NCBI GenBank assembly: GCA_030704615.1
Contig: CM060731.1
Coordinates: 95,170,001-95,234,000 of the forward strand
DNA: 64,000 bases
Direction of reading: 5' to 3'
From: Takakia lepidozioides
Lineage: Eukaryota; Plantae; Bryophyta
The stretch's first letter is position 1, and each line of letters starts with the position of its first letter. The position numbers and the translations under genes were made by a program. A model generated the notes under the pieces. It did not search any database, was not told the DNA's origin, and saw only the letters and a list, made by a program, of their open reading frames with translations. Shown piece after piece: positions 1 to 11,289 of the stretch.

Positions 1-11
1 CACAAGAAGAG

Positions 12-542
12 GTGGACAACTTGACCCTTGCAGGTTTTCGACTAGTCCATCCTCCCAACGTTCCTGATCCGAACTTTCCTGTGGGACCACTTCCAGTGGA
101 ACAACATATTCATCAAGGTGTTGTCCTTCCTGTGGGTAAGTATCCCACTACACGCTATGGGGTGCGCATTCGGCGTCGGGATCCGACTCCTCGACACTTG
201 AGTCGCCAAGAGTCAGCGAAGACTCTTATTGCTGAGGTTCGTGGATTCAGAAACGTGCCTCAGCCAGGTTATGGGAGAATTTACCAGCTACAAACAGAGG
301 GATCTACCAGAGCAGGATTGGTTTACAATGTATACATTGGTCAGTTTCCATCTTGTGATTGTCCCGACTTTGATGAGCTATCTGTCAAGAAGAAAAAACA
401 AACATATCTACCTTGTAAGCACATGTACTTCATGTACAACGTGCATCTAGGATGCGCCGGGGCTTATGAGATCCACCAACCTTCCCTTAGCCAGTTAGAG
501 GTTAGGGCTATGCTAAAGAAGGACCCTAGTTCAACTTCTTAG
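12..542 (+). CDS. 3' part of a SWIM zinc-finger protein (C-terminus of a Mutator-like transposase family); 5' end lies outside the window
   Basis: SWIM motif CxC-x(n)-CxH (FPSCDCPDF...LPCKHMY). GYGRIY and HQPSL...EV blocks align with the C-termini at 10641-10958 and 15258-15600. Confidence 0.75.
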   Translation: MDNLTLAGFRLVHPPNVPDPNFPVGPLPVEQHIHQGVVLPVGKYPTTRYGVRIRRRDPTPRHLSRQESAKTLIAEVRGFRNVPQPGYGRIYQLQTEGSTRAGLVYNVYIGQFPSCDCPDFDELSVKKKKQTYLPCKHMYFMYNVHLGCAGAYEIHQPSLSQLEVRAMLKKDPSSTS

Positions 543-630
543 TGACACATGAAATGCACAAAAAAAGAACCTCTAACTTGTGCCGTTCATTTTCATGCAT
601 GTGACATGTAATTATCTTGTTACTACTTTA

Positions 631-860
631 TTCCAAACATGACACATAGCATTTGTTAGTACAGAAGTTCCTATTTTGGTTAAAATGGAACTTGTGTACC
701 TGTCATACAAGTTTTCAAATTATAGAACTGCTTGGCATTACAAACAGACATGCAATGTGGTGGTTCCAAACATGACACATATGCATTTGTTAGTACAAAA
801 GTCCATATTTTGGTTAATATGAAACTGTTTTCCTTGAATACAAGTTTGCAAACTATTACT
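631..860. repeat. Two diverged ~133-bp direct repeat units
   Basis: ttccaaacatgacacat..gcatttgttagtaca..agt.c.tattttggttaa starts at both 631 and 764. Confidence 0.7.
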
Positions 861-1199
861 TTGGCCAGGGATCTTGTATTCTCTTCAGTTTAAGGTGGTG
901 CATTAGTTGGAGTTAGTGGTCACATGCATCTTTGACCATTGACTACTGATTTTGTTAGCTAAGATTTTTATTTTATTTTTTTCTATATACATATGATGTA
1001 ACATTTGCATATGCAATAAATACGTCGTATTCTATGTTATATAACTCCACTGCATACAATCTACAATGTGTGCATACAAATTTGTCACATGCATATATAA
1101 TAAGGGATTTTGTGCATGCATGCACACAACCTGTGCATATGGAATAGCAACCCCCCAGATTTCCATGATAAGCTGCAATGGTGGCATTTGTGTTTTGTC

Positions 1200-2416
1200 C
1201 GGGTTAGCGACGCCAGGACCTCGGGCGCGCCGGACGCGCCGAATCCCCTGAGACTGCAGCGTCGCACAGGCGCCCGGCTCGGGACTTACGACGTCGGGGC
1301 GTCGTAACGCCAGTGCTCGGACGACGTTGTAGCATCTTGCGATGCCATGCCGTCGCGGAAAAGGGGCCTAACCCCATTCCCCCGCCAACGCACTTAGGGG
1401 GTTGCGACGCCCCCGGGAGGCTATGACGTCGGGGAATCGCAACGAGACGTCGCAGCGCCGCAGCCCAGCGATGCTTTTGCGACGGCCGGGCGCTCCTGCG
1501 ACAGCGGGGAATCGCAATGCCTGGGGAAAAAAATAAAAAAATAAAAAAATAAAAAATCACGATTCCCCGGCGTCTTGGGGGCGTCGCGGAAAATTGATTC
1601 TGGGAGTAGATTGTAGAGCATAATGGACTTGGCATCCTCAGACTATAGCCATTGTCCAACAATAAGTTGCAATGCAGCTTTGCAAAACTTAGGCCATTGA
1701 TAGATATTTGTTCTTGAAGAACTCTGGGGACAAGTCTCGGTGCAAGTTCTAGCTGTGCGAGCTCCTGTAGAGTACGTATAATTTGCAACACAATGATAGG
1801 ATTGAGATAGTGGTAGTCACCAAGAGCTAACTCTTGATATGTATATATATACTTGGACTGTTTTTGTGATACATAGATGTATTGTAGATTTGTTCGTTAG
1901 TGTGCAGTGTTTTAGAAATGTTATAATGTGGAGGTCCTACGTTCAAATATGCATTGTCTAATATATATAGAACAATCCATGAACTGTCATTGGACAAAAC
2001 CGGAGTCAATGGTCAACGCCGAGTCAATGGTCAACTACTTTTTGAAATTCAAAATTCAAATTCAAAATTTCCCACCTAAATTTAAATGTACCCCCCTACT
2101 GTAACGTCTAGGGGTCGCATTTACGACCCCGGGACGTCCCTAATGCGACGTCGCAGAAAAAAAACGTTTTTTTTTATTTTTATTTTTATTTTTTTTTATT
2201 TACGATGCCCGGACGTCGCAAGTCGCGCCCGCGCCGCGGCCGGGGGGTCTCGGGGGGTTTGCGATTCCCCGACGATGCTAATTAGCGACGTCTCTACGAC
2301 TTCCCGACGTCGCAAAATGCCCCCGGCGCGCCCCGGGCCCCGTAGAGTATTTCCGTTGCTAATCGCGGTGGTTGGAGGTCGCTAGGGCATCGCTAACCCC
2401 CCCAAATGTAGTAGTG
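1200..2416. mobile_element. Right end of a CACTA (En/Spm) transposon: TIR plus GC-rich subterminal repeat blocks (about 1200-1590 and 2090-2416)
   Basis: Ends ...cccccaaatgtagtagtg (reverse complement CACTACTACATTTGGGGGGTTAGCGA). Many spaced palindromes of the CGAC-N8-GTCG type, with the same design as the ends at 51372 and 60674. Confidence 0.75.
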
Positions 2417-2530
2417 TGTGGAATGTTGCGAGAACCCATTGTCCACATTTAGCTTTAGGAACCCACTCCTGCTCCAAGTAGTCACAAAATTCACTTAGAG
2501 TGGGGTACTTGAAACGCAAGTTCGCACACC
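2417..2530 (-). pseudogene. Short fragment of a Mutator-type transposase
   Basis: Minus-strand translation LRFKYPTLSEFCDYLEQEWVPKAK resembles the MULE 'F..Yl...W' segment. It stops near the CACTA terminus. Confidence 0.4.
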
Positions 2531-3359
2531 GCCCATGCTTCATCTGCGTCGCCCTCGCTTTTTGACGCACTATACATGATCTTAGACATGTCTTGCATGA
2601 CACATGCACGCAAATCTGCATCTTTGATCTTAGACACGACATTCTTTTGCTATGCTCTCTTCACATGCCAAAGACATAGAAATACTGCAAATTGCCCCCA
2701 CACGGCCCTGACATAGAAAGATATGTGAGAACATTATAATGTGGAGATGTGCAGAAAACCAAGGAATTTCAGAGAGGTGTGAATTGGCAATCATATGATT
2801 GCTTTTATTTCAGCATCTGCGTCATCAACATTGAAAGCATGTTGGCACCATCCTGCCTGGTGAGCCTGAAGCTTCCCGTTCAAACCCCCTAAACACAATG
2901 GATGAGGCAAATGAATCATAGCACTAGCATGAGACAAATGAATCATAGCACTAGTATTGTATGTCATGTGCAGCTTGCCTAAAGTCAAGTGTCTGTCATG
3001 CTTGCAGTCATGCAAGGTGAAACAGAGAGTGAGAACGTGATAGGATAGGTGTGGTAGAAAGATTGTCATGCAAACTGGAGCTGTTTTTTCATATGGGTGC
3101 ATCAGTCTTTGCAAAGAAGACATTGAAGATGTGAAGACATCCCATAGTAACAACTTAAACAGTCAAAAGATGGAAAGCAATTTCAATTCCGCCCACCCAC
3201 ACAAAAATGAGCTGCATCGCCTTCATACATGTATGCTATGTCTATCTTGCATGGGAAAATGAAGCTTTACTTCATGGCAGGAAGTTCTAGACGAAGAAAA
3301 TATAAACAAAATGTTGCATAGCAAGATACATTGCTGACGGCAACCGTAAGATGAACACA

Positions 3360-4190
3360 TTACTCCGCAAACCAGTCAATGCATTTGAAGTCCCAGTCAT
3401 ACTCTGGCACATCAACTTCATGCACTTTGGATTTTTTCCAAGAGGAAAGTTGCACATTCCACTGGAACGTATGGACGACATGGTGGAAGTGATCCGTCTC
3501 CCAGTTCTCCAAGAAGACCCGCCAGAGTATACTAGAGCTGTTCAGTTCCCCCCCAACCTCAGATGCAAAGTGAACCGACATGGTGTCCCCATTTACCGTG
3601 ATGCAAAGGTCACCTAGAGCACTGACAGGGCCAGTATGGGAGATATTCCTTCTCAGTAACCAAAAAATTGGGTTGGGGACGGGGTCTACCAATTTCTTCA
3701 CATCCCATGAACCCTCCACCCACTGGAAAACTGTCAAAAGATGGAAACTTTCTTGCTCTTTGTCTGGGTCCATGCCTAGAGTCCAAGGACCCCACTTCTC
3801 ATTTGGGGCCTCAAGGAACCTAGAACGCAAAACCAGAGTGTTGGACATCATGGCAGCCCCTACATTGTTTGGGTCATAAAATCCACACCATGCCAATCTG
3901 CCAACAAACTCAAAAGCTCTCACAAGAATATCCCCTTGTATGAGTTTGGAATAGTCGATGCTGCGGTCCATCATCCAAATGCGCCGTGCGACGAAGGGAG
4001 TGAGGTTACCAAGAATACCTGCATCAGGCTGCTCATTGGGACGGGGGCCACGGCCATTGGATGAGTCGTGCTTGTGGGCATGGTGTTGGTTGAAGATTGC
4101 TTTGCAATCGACGATGGTGTGCTGCAAAGATGAAGGACTGAAAGCAGGCTGAAACCAAGAGGGCTCAAAGAAATCAAGACAACAAAGCAA
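3360..4190 (-). CDS. Hypothetical protein (276 aa, Trp-rich, no recognised domain)
   Basis: Long uninterrupted ORF with globular-like composition and no recognisable motif. Confidence 0.4.
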   Translation of the reverse strand: MLCCLDFFEPSWFQPAFSPSSLQHTIVDCKAIFNQHHAHKHDSSNGRGPRPNEQPDAGILGNLTPFVARRIWMMDRSIDYSKLIQGDILVRAFEFVGRLAWCGFYDPNNVGAAMMSNTLVLRSRFLEAPNEKWGPWTLGMDPDKEQESFHLLTVFQWVEGSWDVKKLVDPVPNPIFWLLRRNISHTGPVSALGDLCITVNGDTMSVHFASEVGGELNSSSILWRVFLENWETDHFHHVVHTFQWNVQLSSWKKSKVHEVDVPEYDWDFKCIDWFAE

Positions 4191-4490
4191 GAGTGTTTAA
4201 AACCAGCAAGAAGGCTCAAACAAAGCAAGAATGAAAGAGGTGTCAAAGAAAGGAAGAGAACAAAGGAAGATGGCTCAAAGAAACCAAGAATGAAAGAGGG
4301 CTCAAAGAAAGCAAGAGAGGAAAGCAAGAGGCCTCCCACACGGCAAGTCTGGAAGATGGCTTTTCCTATGCAAGAGAGGAAAGCAGGAGAGGTGAAAGAA
4401 AACTAGAATGAAAGAGGCCTCCAAGAAAGCAAGAGAGCAAAGCAAGAGGACTCAAAGAAAGCAAGAATGAAAGAGGGCTCAAAACAACCC
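4140..4490. repeat. Purine-rich degenerate tandem repeat (about 27-bp unit, ctcaaagaaagcaagaatgaaagaggg-like)
   Basis: Recurrent aagaaagcaagaatgaaagaggg / aaagcaagag words. Confidence 0.6.
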
Positions 4491-4625
4491 TAAACTTAAG
4501 TGAAATAGGAGGGAAACTCTTGGCATGTCATGGCAAGTCATGCCTCATCTTTTTATATAAGTATGCATGAACTTATGAACCCAAACTGGCAAGTCAAAGA
4601 AAGTCATAGAAAGTCATAGCAACTT

Positions 4626-5153
4626 ATGGCCTTTCATAGTGTTGTGATGCTGCCATGTTTGTCCAGAGCACGCATTGTGCAAATTGTGGAAAATGGGCTT
4701 TTGCTCTATAGCAGAATGTGCGATGCGGATATCCATTTGCATGTGTTGTCCATGGTGGAGTCGTATGTAGGGCTAGACAAAGCATGGGCGTACACTGTGA
4801 AAGAGGGGGTACGCACCCTTACCGTGGAGTTGGCGTCATTGGAGTACGCGTACATGATGGACGAGGACGAGCAGAAGGGTGTCATCATCCTCCATGTACA
4901 GCTGGGCCTCGTTGACAAGGTAGTATTCCGAACATTCAAGGAAATGCATTCATGCTACGATGGCATGTATATAGAGTGGGGTGAGCACATTGCAATGGAC
5001 TCACCATGGGTGCAGGACGTCTTGGCATGGATTCCCCAATCCATGGTGTTTGGACCCGTCTGCACCGCATACATTAGAGTAATGGCAGTAAGCTTGCCAT
5101 GGTTTAGGGTTCATTCCTTATTTTGCAGAGACAGATTGACTGTGTGTTCATGA
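4626..5153 (+). CDS. Hypothetical protein (175 aa)
   Basis: Uninterrupted ORF with protein-like composition. No motif recognised. Confidence 0.35.
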   Translation: MAFHSVVMLPCLSRARIVQIVENGLLLYSRMCDADIHLHVLSMVESYVGLDKAWAYTVKEGVRTLTVELASLEYAYMMDEDEQKGVIILHVQLGLVDKVVFRTFKEMHSCYDGMYIEWGEHIAMDSPWVQDVLAWIPQSMVFGPVCTAYIRVMAVSLPWFRVHSLFCRDRLTVCS

Positions 5154-6580
5154 AGGCACGGTTGTAGTTTCTTGTTGCTTCAGATATGAATCGTCTTGTT
5201 GTAATGCATTTGTGGATGCATCATCAAAGTCTGCTCCTTGCAGTTACCACACATTCGTCTCTTCATTTGTTTGAATGGGAATGCACTTTCCTCGTCTTCC
5301 ATCCCATGCGGTTTATTTGGCCTAGCCCTTCACAGTTCCCCACGATCCAGCGCGCACCAATATTTTCTTTCACTGTACGAGGACATTCATGACCCATGCC
5401 ATTGTAATGCACCAAATCTCTTTAGAAAAGAAGATGAAATAGAATGTGAGGGACGCGACTTCACAAATGGCGTTTCCTTTCACCATGGAAATGCTATGAA
5501 TACTGTAATACCATTTCCACGCAACATAACAACTTCGCTTGACATACACGATCACGTTAATCATGGGTGAAATGCAAGCATGGTTCGAAGGGAATATGGA
5601 TATGCACTTTGCTGCATTCATAAAATGTACAATGTAGCTTTAAGAACGAACCATATAGATGAACCCAGAAACGTCATGAAAACAGACAGATTTCTACACC
5701 CAGCATACAACGAGGTCATTGTGGTCAAGCAAGAAAAAAATGAATCTACATAAGAGGACATCTGAACTGCCCCATGTGAATCAAGATGCATACAATTGCC
5801 TCTTCGCATTCGTTCGTTCAGGCACGAGCGGCAAATGACGTTTTCTACCGCGCGCCTCCAAAAAATCCTTCCATCTCACAAGTGACTTGGTGTTTCCATC
5901 GTCAACCTCAGTGAGAGTGGGGTCGTCCTGGGGATGATGAATATCCTCCTCCATTGTGGACGAATTTCGACAACGTGCGTGCGACCTCGACTGGAATGAG
6001 AAGAGCCTCATTAGTCAGTTTCACCATCTTTTTCTGTTGGTAGAAAGACTCTCCAAAGGTTAGTGGCCTCACACAATACACTTGGACAACACACTTAAAC
6101 ACCCGTAAACATCACCCACAGGCAAAAGGTTGCTATGAATTTGAGTTCTCACGTCCTCAGGGAAGGATGTGAACACAGTTCAGTTATCACCTATCATTTG
6201 TGCGCCTCATGTAAATTTCCAAGAAGACAAGGTCGTTCACATACGAACTGGTGTCATTACAGCACCATCAATTGCATACACTGTTGTCAAATCTGGCCAT
6301 GGCTTCATGGCATCCACGATTGGTGGCAATACATATACAATACATCTTTGTGGGTTCCGTGTCCTCTGATGCTAGCATGGTAGAAGAACTGGTGTGCATG
6401 CACTCAAAAATGGAGTTGATGCGGATAGTGGAAAGAAATCGATTATGCGCAATCACAATTTCATAATGTGTCACAAGGCTCCCCAATGGATATTTCCTTG
6501 TAGAGTTTGCCACATGCAATGACATTGAAAATAGAAGGGATACAATCTCATCACATACATTAAACTGTTCATTGTGCATC

Positions 6581-7354
6581 CTACGTATTGGCTGAGTGGC
6601 CACCATGAAGGCTGGCAAACAGGCGACTACTAACATGCATTTCTGCCATGGAAAAGGCCAAGTCATCCACGGCAGTGTTTTCCATGGTCACTGGTGTTGG
6701 TGTGATCAATAACGTAAACACGCACTGCCGCGTCATGCCCAGAGACCAAGGGCAGTCCATGGCATCACGTGTATCTGGAAACTGTTTTTTCAACTGCATC
6801 TTGAAAGCTCCCTTGACCAGCAAGCTACTCCCAGCCATTTCCATGCAGTTCTTCAGATTCATGATGCGCTGTTTGTTAAACTCCCCATGTGCATCTTCCT
6901 CGACGATCCAAAATGGGGATACTTCACCAGTCTTCAAGCTCACTTCCAACCACACGTGCTCACCAGCGAGCCGAGCCTTTCTTGTCATGTCCAACCTAAA
7001 CCCATTGTCCACTGTCAATGTTGAAACAACATCCCATATGGCACGATCGATGCCAATTGTGACATACTCCACTCCGTACGTCGACGGTGCCATAGTCTTG
7101 TGGAGAATGATAACATCCTGCAGATTCACAACCTCTGCCTTGACTTCTCCCACAACAATGGGAGCCACCAGAGTCCTCATGCCTGCCCTATGAGTGACGA
7201 GAGAGGATGTGATGTCCTTCACATCATGGATCTTCGGGACGAGGTTTGCTGCATTGTCTCCGTGAAAGAAAGCCATCACTGAAGTAACGGGGATATGGAG
7301 TGATACTAATATGTATGAAGAGGATGTGAGAGAAGTGGGGGAAAATAGTGACAT
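6581..7354 (-). CDS. Hypothetical protein (about 230-257 aa; likely start MAFFHGD near 7276)
   Basis: Long ORF with globular alpha/beta-like composition. No motif recognised. Confidence 0.45.
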   Translation of the reverse strand: MSLFSPTSLTSSSYILVSLHIPVTSVMAFFHGDNAANLVPKIHDVKDITSSLVTHRAGMRTLVAPIVVGEVKAEVVNLQDVIILHKTMAPSTYGVEYVTIGIDRAIWDVVSTLTVDNGFRLDMTRKARLAGEHVWLEVSLKTGEVSPFWIVEEDAHGEFNKQRIMNLKNCMEMAGSSLLVKGAFKMQLKKQFPDTRDAMDCPWSLGMTRQCVFTLLITPTPVTMENTAVDDLAFSMAEMHVSSRLFASLHGGHSANT

Positions 7355-9425
7355 GCAGACACTGCAACATGCATGAGAACATCGCCCGTAAACCCTATCA
7401 TCCCTATGAACCCTATGAATGTTATCATCCCTATTTCGTCTTCACCATTCGTGCAAACTACATTGTTCATGGCTGGCCCAATGGTCACGTCCTTCTCAGG
7501 TGGCAGTTGTGCCCACATCCCTTCTCCCACTCCTCCATGCCATGCCCACGCAATAGGCATAGAGATTGGGGCCCTACCCTGCTACTAACCCCTCGGCACA
7601 GGTACGGTGACATGCTTCTTGGAGAATGGTTATGTCTACGACTGCTACAGGAGTATATATTGCTCTTAGGACGTCAACGACAATTTCTGTTTGGTGCACA
7701 ATTTACAGAGTTCCATGGCGTTTTTCTGAGCCATGTTGGGGTGAGAGTGTGGATTGTCCTTCCGCATGTAAGATGCCCAATTTGCATGCTGCATTATGGG
7801 AATCCGAATGGATCAGACCGGACTTCCATCGGTGGATATGTAGAACGTCATCGTGGAAGTTGGGTTTATGAACATGTCGAGCTTGATCGGATTGTTGATC
7901 ACCTCCTTGATGTTGATGCTGTTGGAACTGCATGATGGTGGCGGAATTGCACATTTGATTTTGTGAGGGAGGTGGAATTCTTGTCAAATAAGATGAAGTT
8001 CTTCCCTACCCTTTTCTTTCCTCAGGATGAATGGACGCCAGTGAATGTATATTGGGAAACCTAGGGGCCCCAAAGAAAAGCTTGGATTTAGCACTTCATG
8101 ATTAGAGTCCCAAAGTGTAAACTTTAATGCAGACTTTACTGTACATGCAAGCAACCCGCATGCAAGCCTACCCACCCTGGAGACTTACTGCCTCGCTCTC
8201 ATCTTCTCCGCCCTCTGGTTTTCGTTATGATAATATTGACAGGGGTCCAGATTGCAGGGGTTCAGATTGACAGGGGTCCAGATTGCATTGTGATACAAGC
8301 ATCATGATTGGCCTTAATCATCACTGGAGCATGCCTATTGTGCTCACAAGAAACACCTCAATGCTCAAATCATGGCCACACCATCTCTAGTTTTCTGTCT
8401 CACAAGGAAAGATCATGGGAATGACACCCCTGGATTCCATAAATCCAGCTGAACTCTAATTTACTGCACAGCTTCCTCAAAATGTGTGGTTTGTCCCAGT
8501 TACCTATATGAAGCCATGGCAACCCACATGCATGGAAGCCTGGCGACCATGCAGATTTGCTACCTTGCTATGGTATGCACAAATGTAAACCCTGGACACA
8601 GGGCCCTACTCTCAAAGCCATTCTACCATGACCACATTCCCCATGGGTTGTTCACAGTGAAGACATTGTAGAGAAAAAATGTCATCATACATCACACAAT
8701 TGCAGAACGTATTCAATTGTCATGGAAAACTTCGTAAAGGGGCCCTCCAACATTCATCGGTGCATGAATGAGCATGCCGGTCTTGTGGCGTAGCCATGGA
8801 AAACATCGGGGACATGCTCATCTTCCCCAATACAGTATGGTTCGCCATGACTTCTGGTCTGCAATTCTAGCAATACAACATCCCCAATTTCCTTCTTTCA
8901 AATTCGCAGGACGCGGGGGAGAGAATGTTTCAATTCAGGAATGTGAATTTCATTGTAGTCCGTGCTCATTACAACGGATGGTGGGAAGAGAAATGGTGGT
9001 GCAACGGAAAACGGAGAGTGTGTCCCCTCATGTTCCATAAATGAATTCCCTCAAGTACATCCATAGGTGGTGTCAACACTGCTACTGCTACCACTTGAAT
9101 CTGCTGAACTGCTAGTACTGCTACCACCTGAAACTGCTGCACTATCATCTATGAAAAGGTGCTTGAGCGTCTTCCTGGAACTCCAACGCAAGGGTAGGGG
9201 AGAAAACACAGCTGCTTGCACACGAGCAATGCCTTCCGCGTAATCGGGAAGGACATAATTAGGAGGTGGGCTCCAGCACAAGTCCCTCAAGTATATGGAA
9301 GACAGGGGCCACGGGAGTGCATTCACATTCCTGCAATCAGAAATGCACCATTTTGGTAACAATCAGACAACAGAAGGGGATGTGACAGAGCATATACACA
9401 GGGATCAAATAGACAGAAAATAAAC

Positions 9426-10360
9426 TTACTCACATGAAAAGTCATTGTCCAGGTCCTTGTCGTCACCGTCGAGGATATCAATTTGCGCAGTGACATCCTT
9501 GACATTGGAGGTAGACGCGCCCCCTTGCAACTCGGCGAGGAGGCCAGTGAAAATATCTGCATCTCCTTCCATACCAAACAAGTGCTTGCCAGCTGCCTTG
9601 CAAGCATGGTAAGAAGCGCCTGCAAGAGACAAATTGAAGGAATTAGAGTTTTAGAATATTGAGTAAAGAAGGTGCAGAAGAAAAGAAATCGATGACAAAA
9701 GCAAGAAGAGAAACATGTGCCGAGAGTGAGATCTATGATGCGGGCCCCTGGCCGAGAACAACTCTCAATGATCGTTTGGATAAAAGCCGGGCTTTTTTCA
9801 CGGGCCCCTCTCCAAGGCGTTCCATTTGGCTTTCGCAAATATACGTTGGAGTCGACATAGTTGTAGTGCATGTCGTCGACAACAGGATCGAACCTCTCGT
9901 TTATGAAACATCATCCCCCATGAAGCTCGAACTCCACCACTGTGGTGGGAGTTGACAGTGGATGTACCCTCACGAGACAGACGGCCTCAAATAGACGGGT
10001 CTGCGATGAAGAGGACAATAATTAGTGAGTAATGTTTCATAGCACATCTGGGTGGGAGTGCAGACCCATTCTGGATGGAACTGGTTCAGAGTCATTGCTC
10101 ATGCACCGCCATAACTGAGTGCGCTGAAGCACTCAATTCAGGCAGTGCGAACAGCATGACTTCATAACAGTCAGTACAGTGGAACTTCAACAGAGAAGGC
10201 ATAAAAATGAAGTATTTGAAACCCACCTTCTGCCCTGGGCAATCCCCCTTCGTCAGATATAGGTTGTTGACACAGTTCCAGGTCTTGATAATCCGCATCC
10301 CCGAGGCTTTCAAGTAGCTTGCCAGCTCCCGGCGACATCTCATCGTGACAGATTGTATGA
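9426..10360 (-). pseudogene. C-terminal half of an intron-containing N4-cytosine/N6-adenine (beta-class-like) DNA methyltransferase; 5'-truncated, with one in-frame TGA
   Basis: Exons ~10360-10227, 10000-9715 and 9619-9426 are joined by GT-AG introns 10226-10001 (phase 0) and 9714-9620 (phase 1). Spliced product ...PWRGAREKSPAFIQTIIESCSRPGARIIDLTLGT(C)ASYHACKAAGKHLFGMEGD matches the amino-MTase pattern 'KP..l...i...s..Gd.vlDpf.GsG.t..A....gR...G.E.d'. TGA at 9911-9913. Confidence 0.7.
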
Positions 10361-10386
10361 TAACCTCCCCCCCCCTGGAGAACTGA

Positions 10387-10958
10387 GTGCGTCAACACAC
10401 TCAATTTTTTCATGATCATGATTTCAGGATGATCATTGACGAACTGGAGATGGGCAAGTTGGAGGACGCCAACTTTCGTCTGCACCGATCTGTGGCGTCG
10501 ACTCTTGGTGGCCTTGCTGATATGGTGCCTCCTCCAGACGATACTTCGCATCCCACAAGAAGGAATGGCAAAACAGTGCATCGGGTGGCTTCGGGGCCTG
10601 ATCACGATGCGAAGGTGGAATCGGCCAGACTACTTCAGGCTTGGGTAATAGGAACTATGGAAGTACCTTCATCTGGGTATGGACGGGTTTATACTTCACA
10701 TCTGGGTCTGTTTTGCACGACAGGGCCTATCAGGTGACAGTGGGAAATTTTCCGGGGTGTACCTGTCCCGACTTCGTGTGCATACGTGAGGAAGCTCTAG
10801 GAAAGAGAGGGAAATGGGTTCCCTGCAAGCATCTTTACTACATCTTTTTGCGCAAGATGTATTGTGATCCCAAAAGAGACCAAATCATTCACCAGACGAC
10901 ACTAGGTCCTGGTGAGGTACAGACACTTTTGCAGCGAGACATTGGCAATATCGAGTAG
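10387..10958 (+). pseudogene. Inverted, frameshifted copy of the 3' end (SWIM region) of the Mutator-like transposase at 15258-18869
   Basis: HPTRRNGKTVHRVASGPDHDAKVESARLLQA...EVPSSGYGRVYT and YQVTVGNFPGCTCPDFV...GKRGKWVPCKHLYY closely match the 15.3-15.8 kb translation. Confidence 0.85.
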
Positions 10959-11289
10959 TGTTGCATATGTTGCGATTTTTCGCAATGTCGGAAAGGGCTG
11001 CCTTGTTTGTAGAACATGTATACACAGTTCTTAAATTTGGACAAGCATGCGATGTCTCGTTATGAAATGTAGTTTATTTTTTCATCGGGTTTGGTTAACG
11101 AGCCTCTAAAATTGAGTGCGTCAACGCACACCACTTCTGCCCCTAACCCCAATATTGCCCCGGGCCAAAAAAAAAAAACCAAAAAAGCAAAAAAAAAAAC
11201 AAAAAATTGTTCGAGGGCCTGCCAAACATGGACAAGTGTCAGTATGAAAGCTCATTCTATTTTTTCATGGCCTCTACAGAAGCATTGCG

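Noticed and set aside
1066-2385. ORFs across the GC-rich CACTA subterminal region
   Set aside because: They arise from GC-rich repeats and poly-T/A tracts and have no protein-like features.
8300-9040. Decayed minus-strand gene downstream of the methyltransferase
   Set aside because: The frame from 9038 accumulates several stops and shows no recognisable motif, so it is not supportable.
9426-10360. Bacterial contamination as the source of the methyltransferase
   Set aside because: The coding sequence is split by two phase-compatible GT-AG introns and is embedded among plant transposons.
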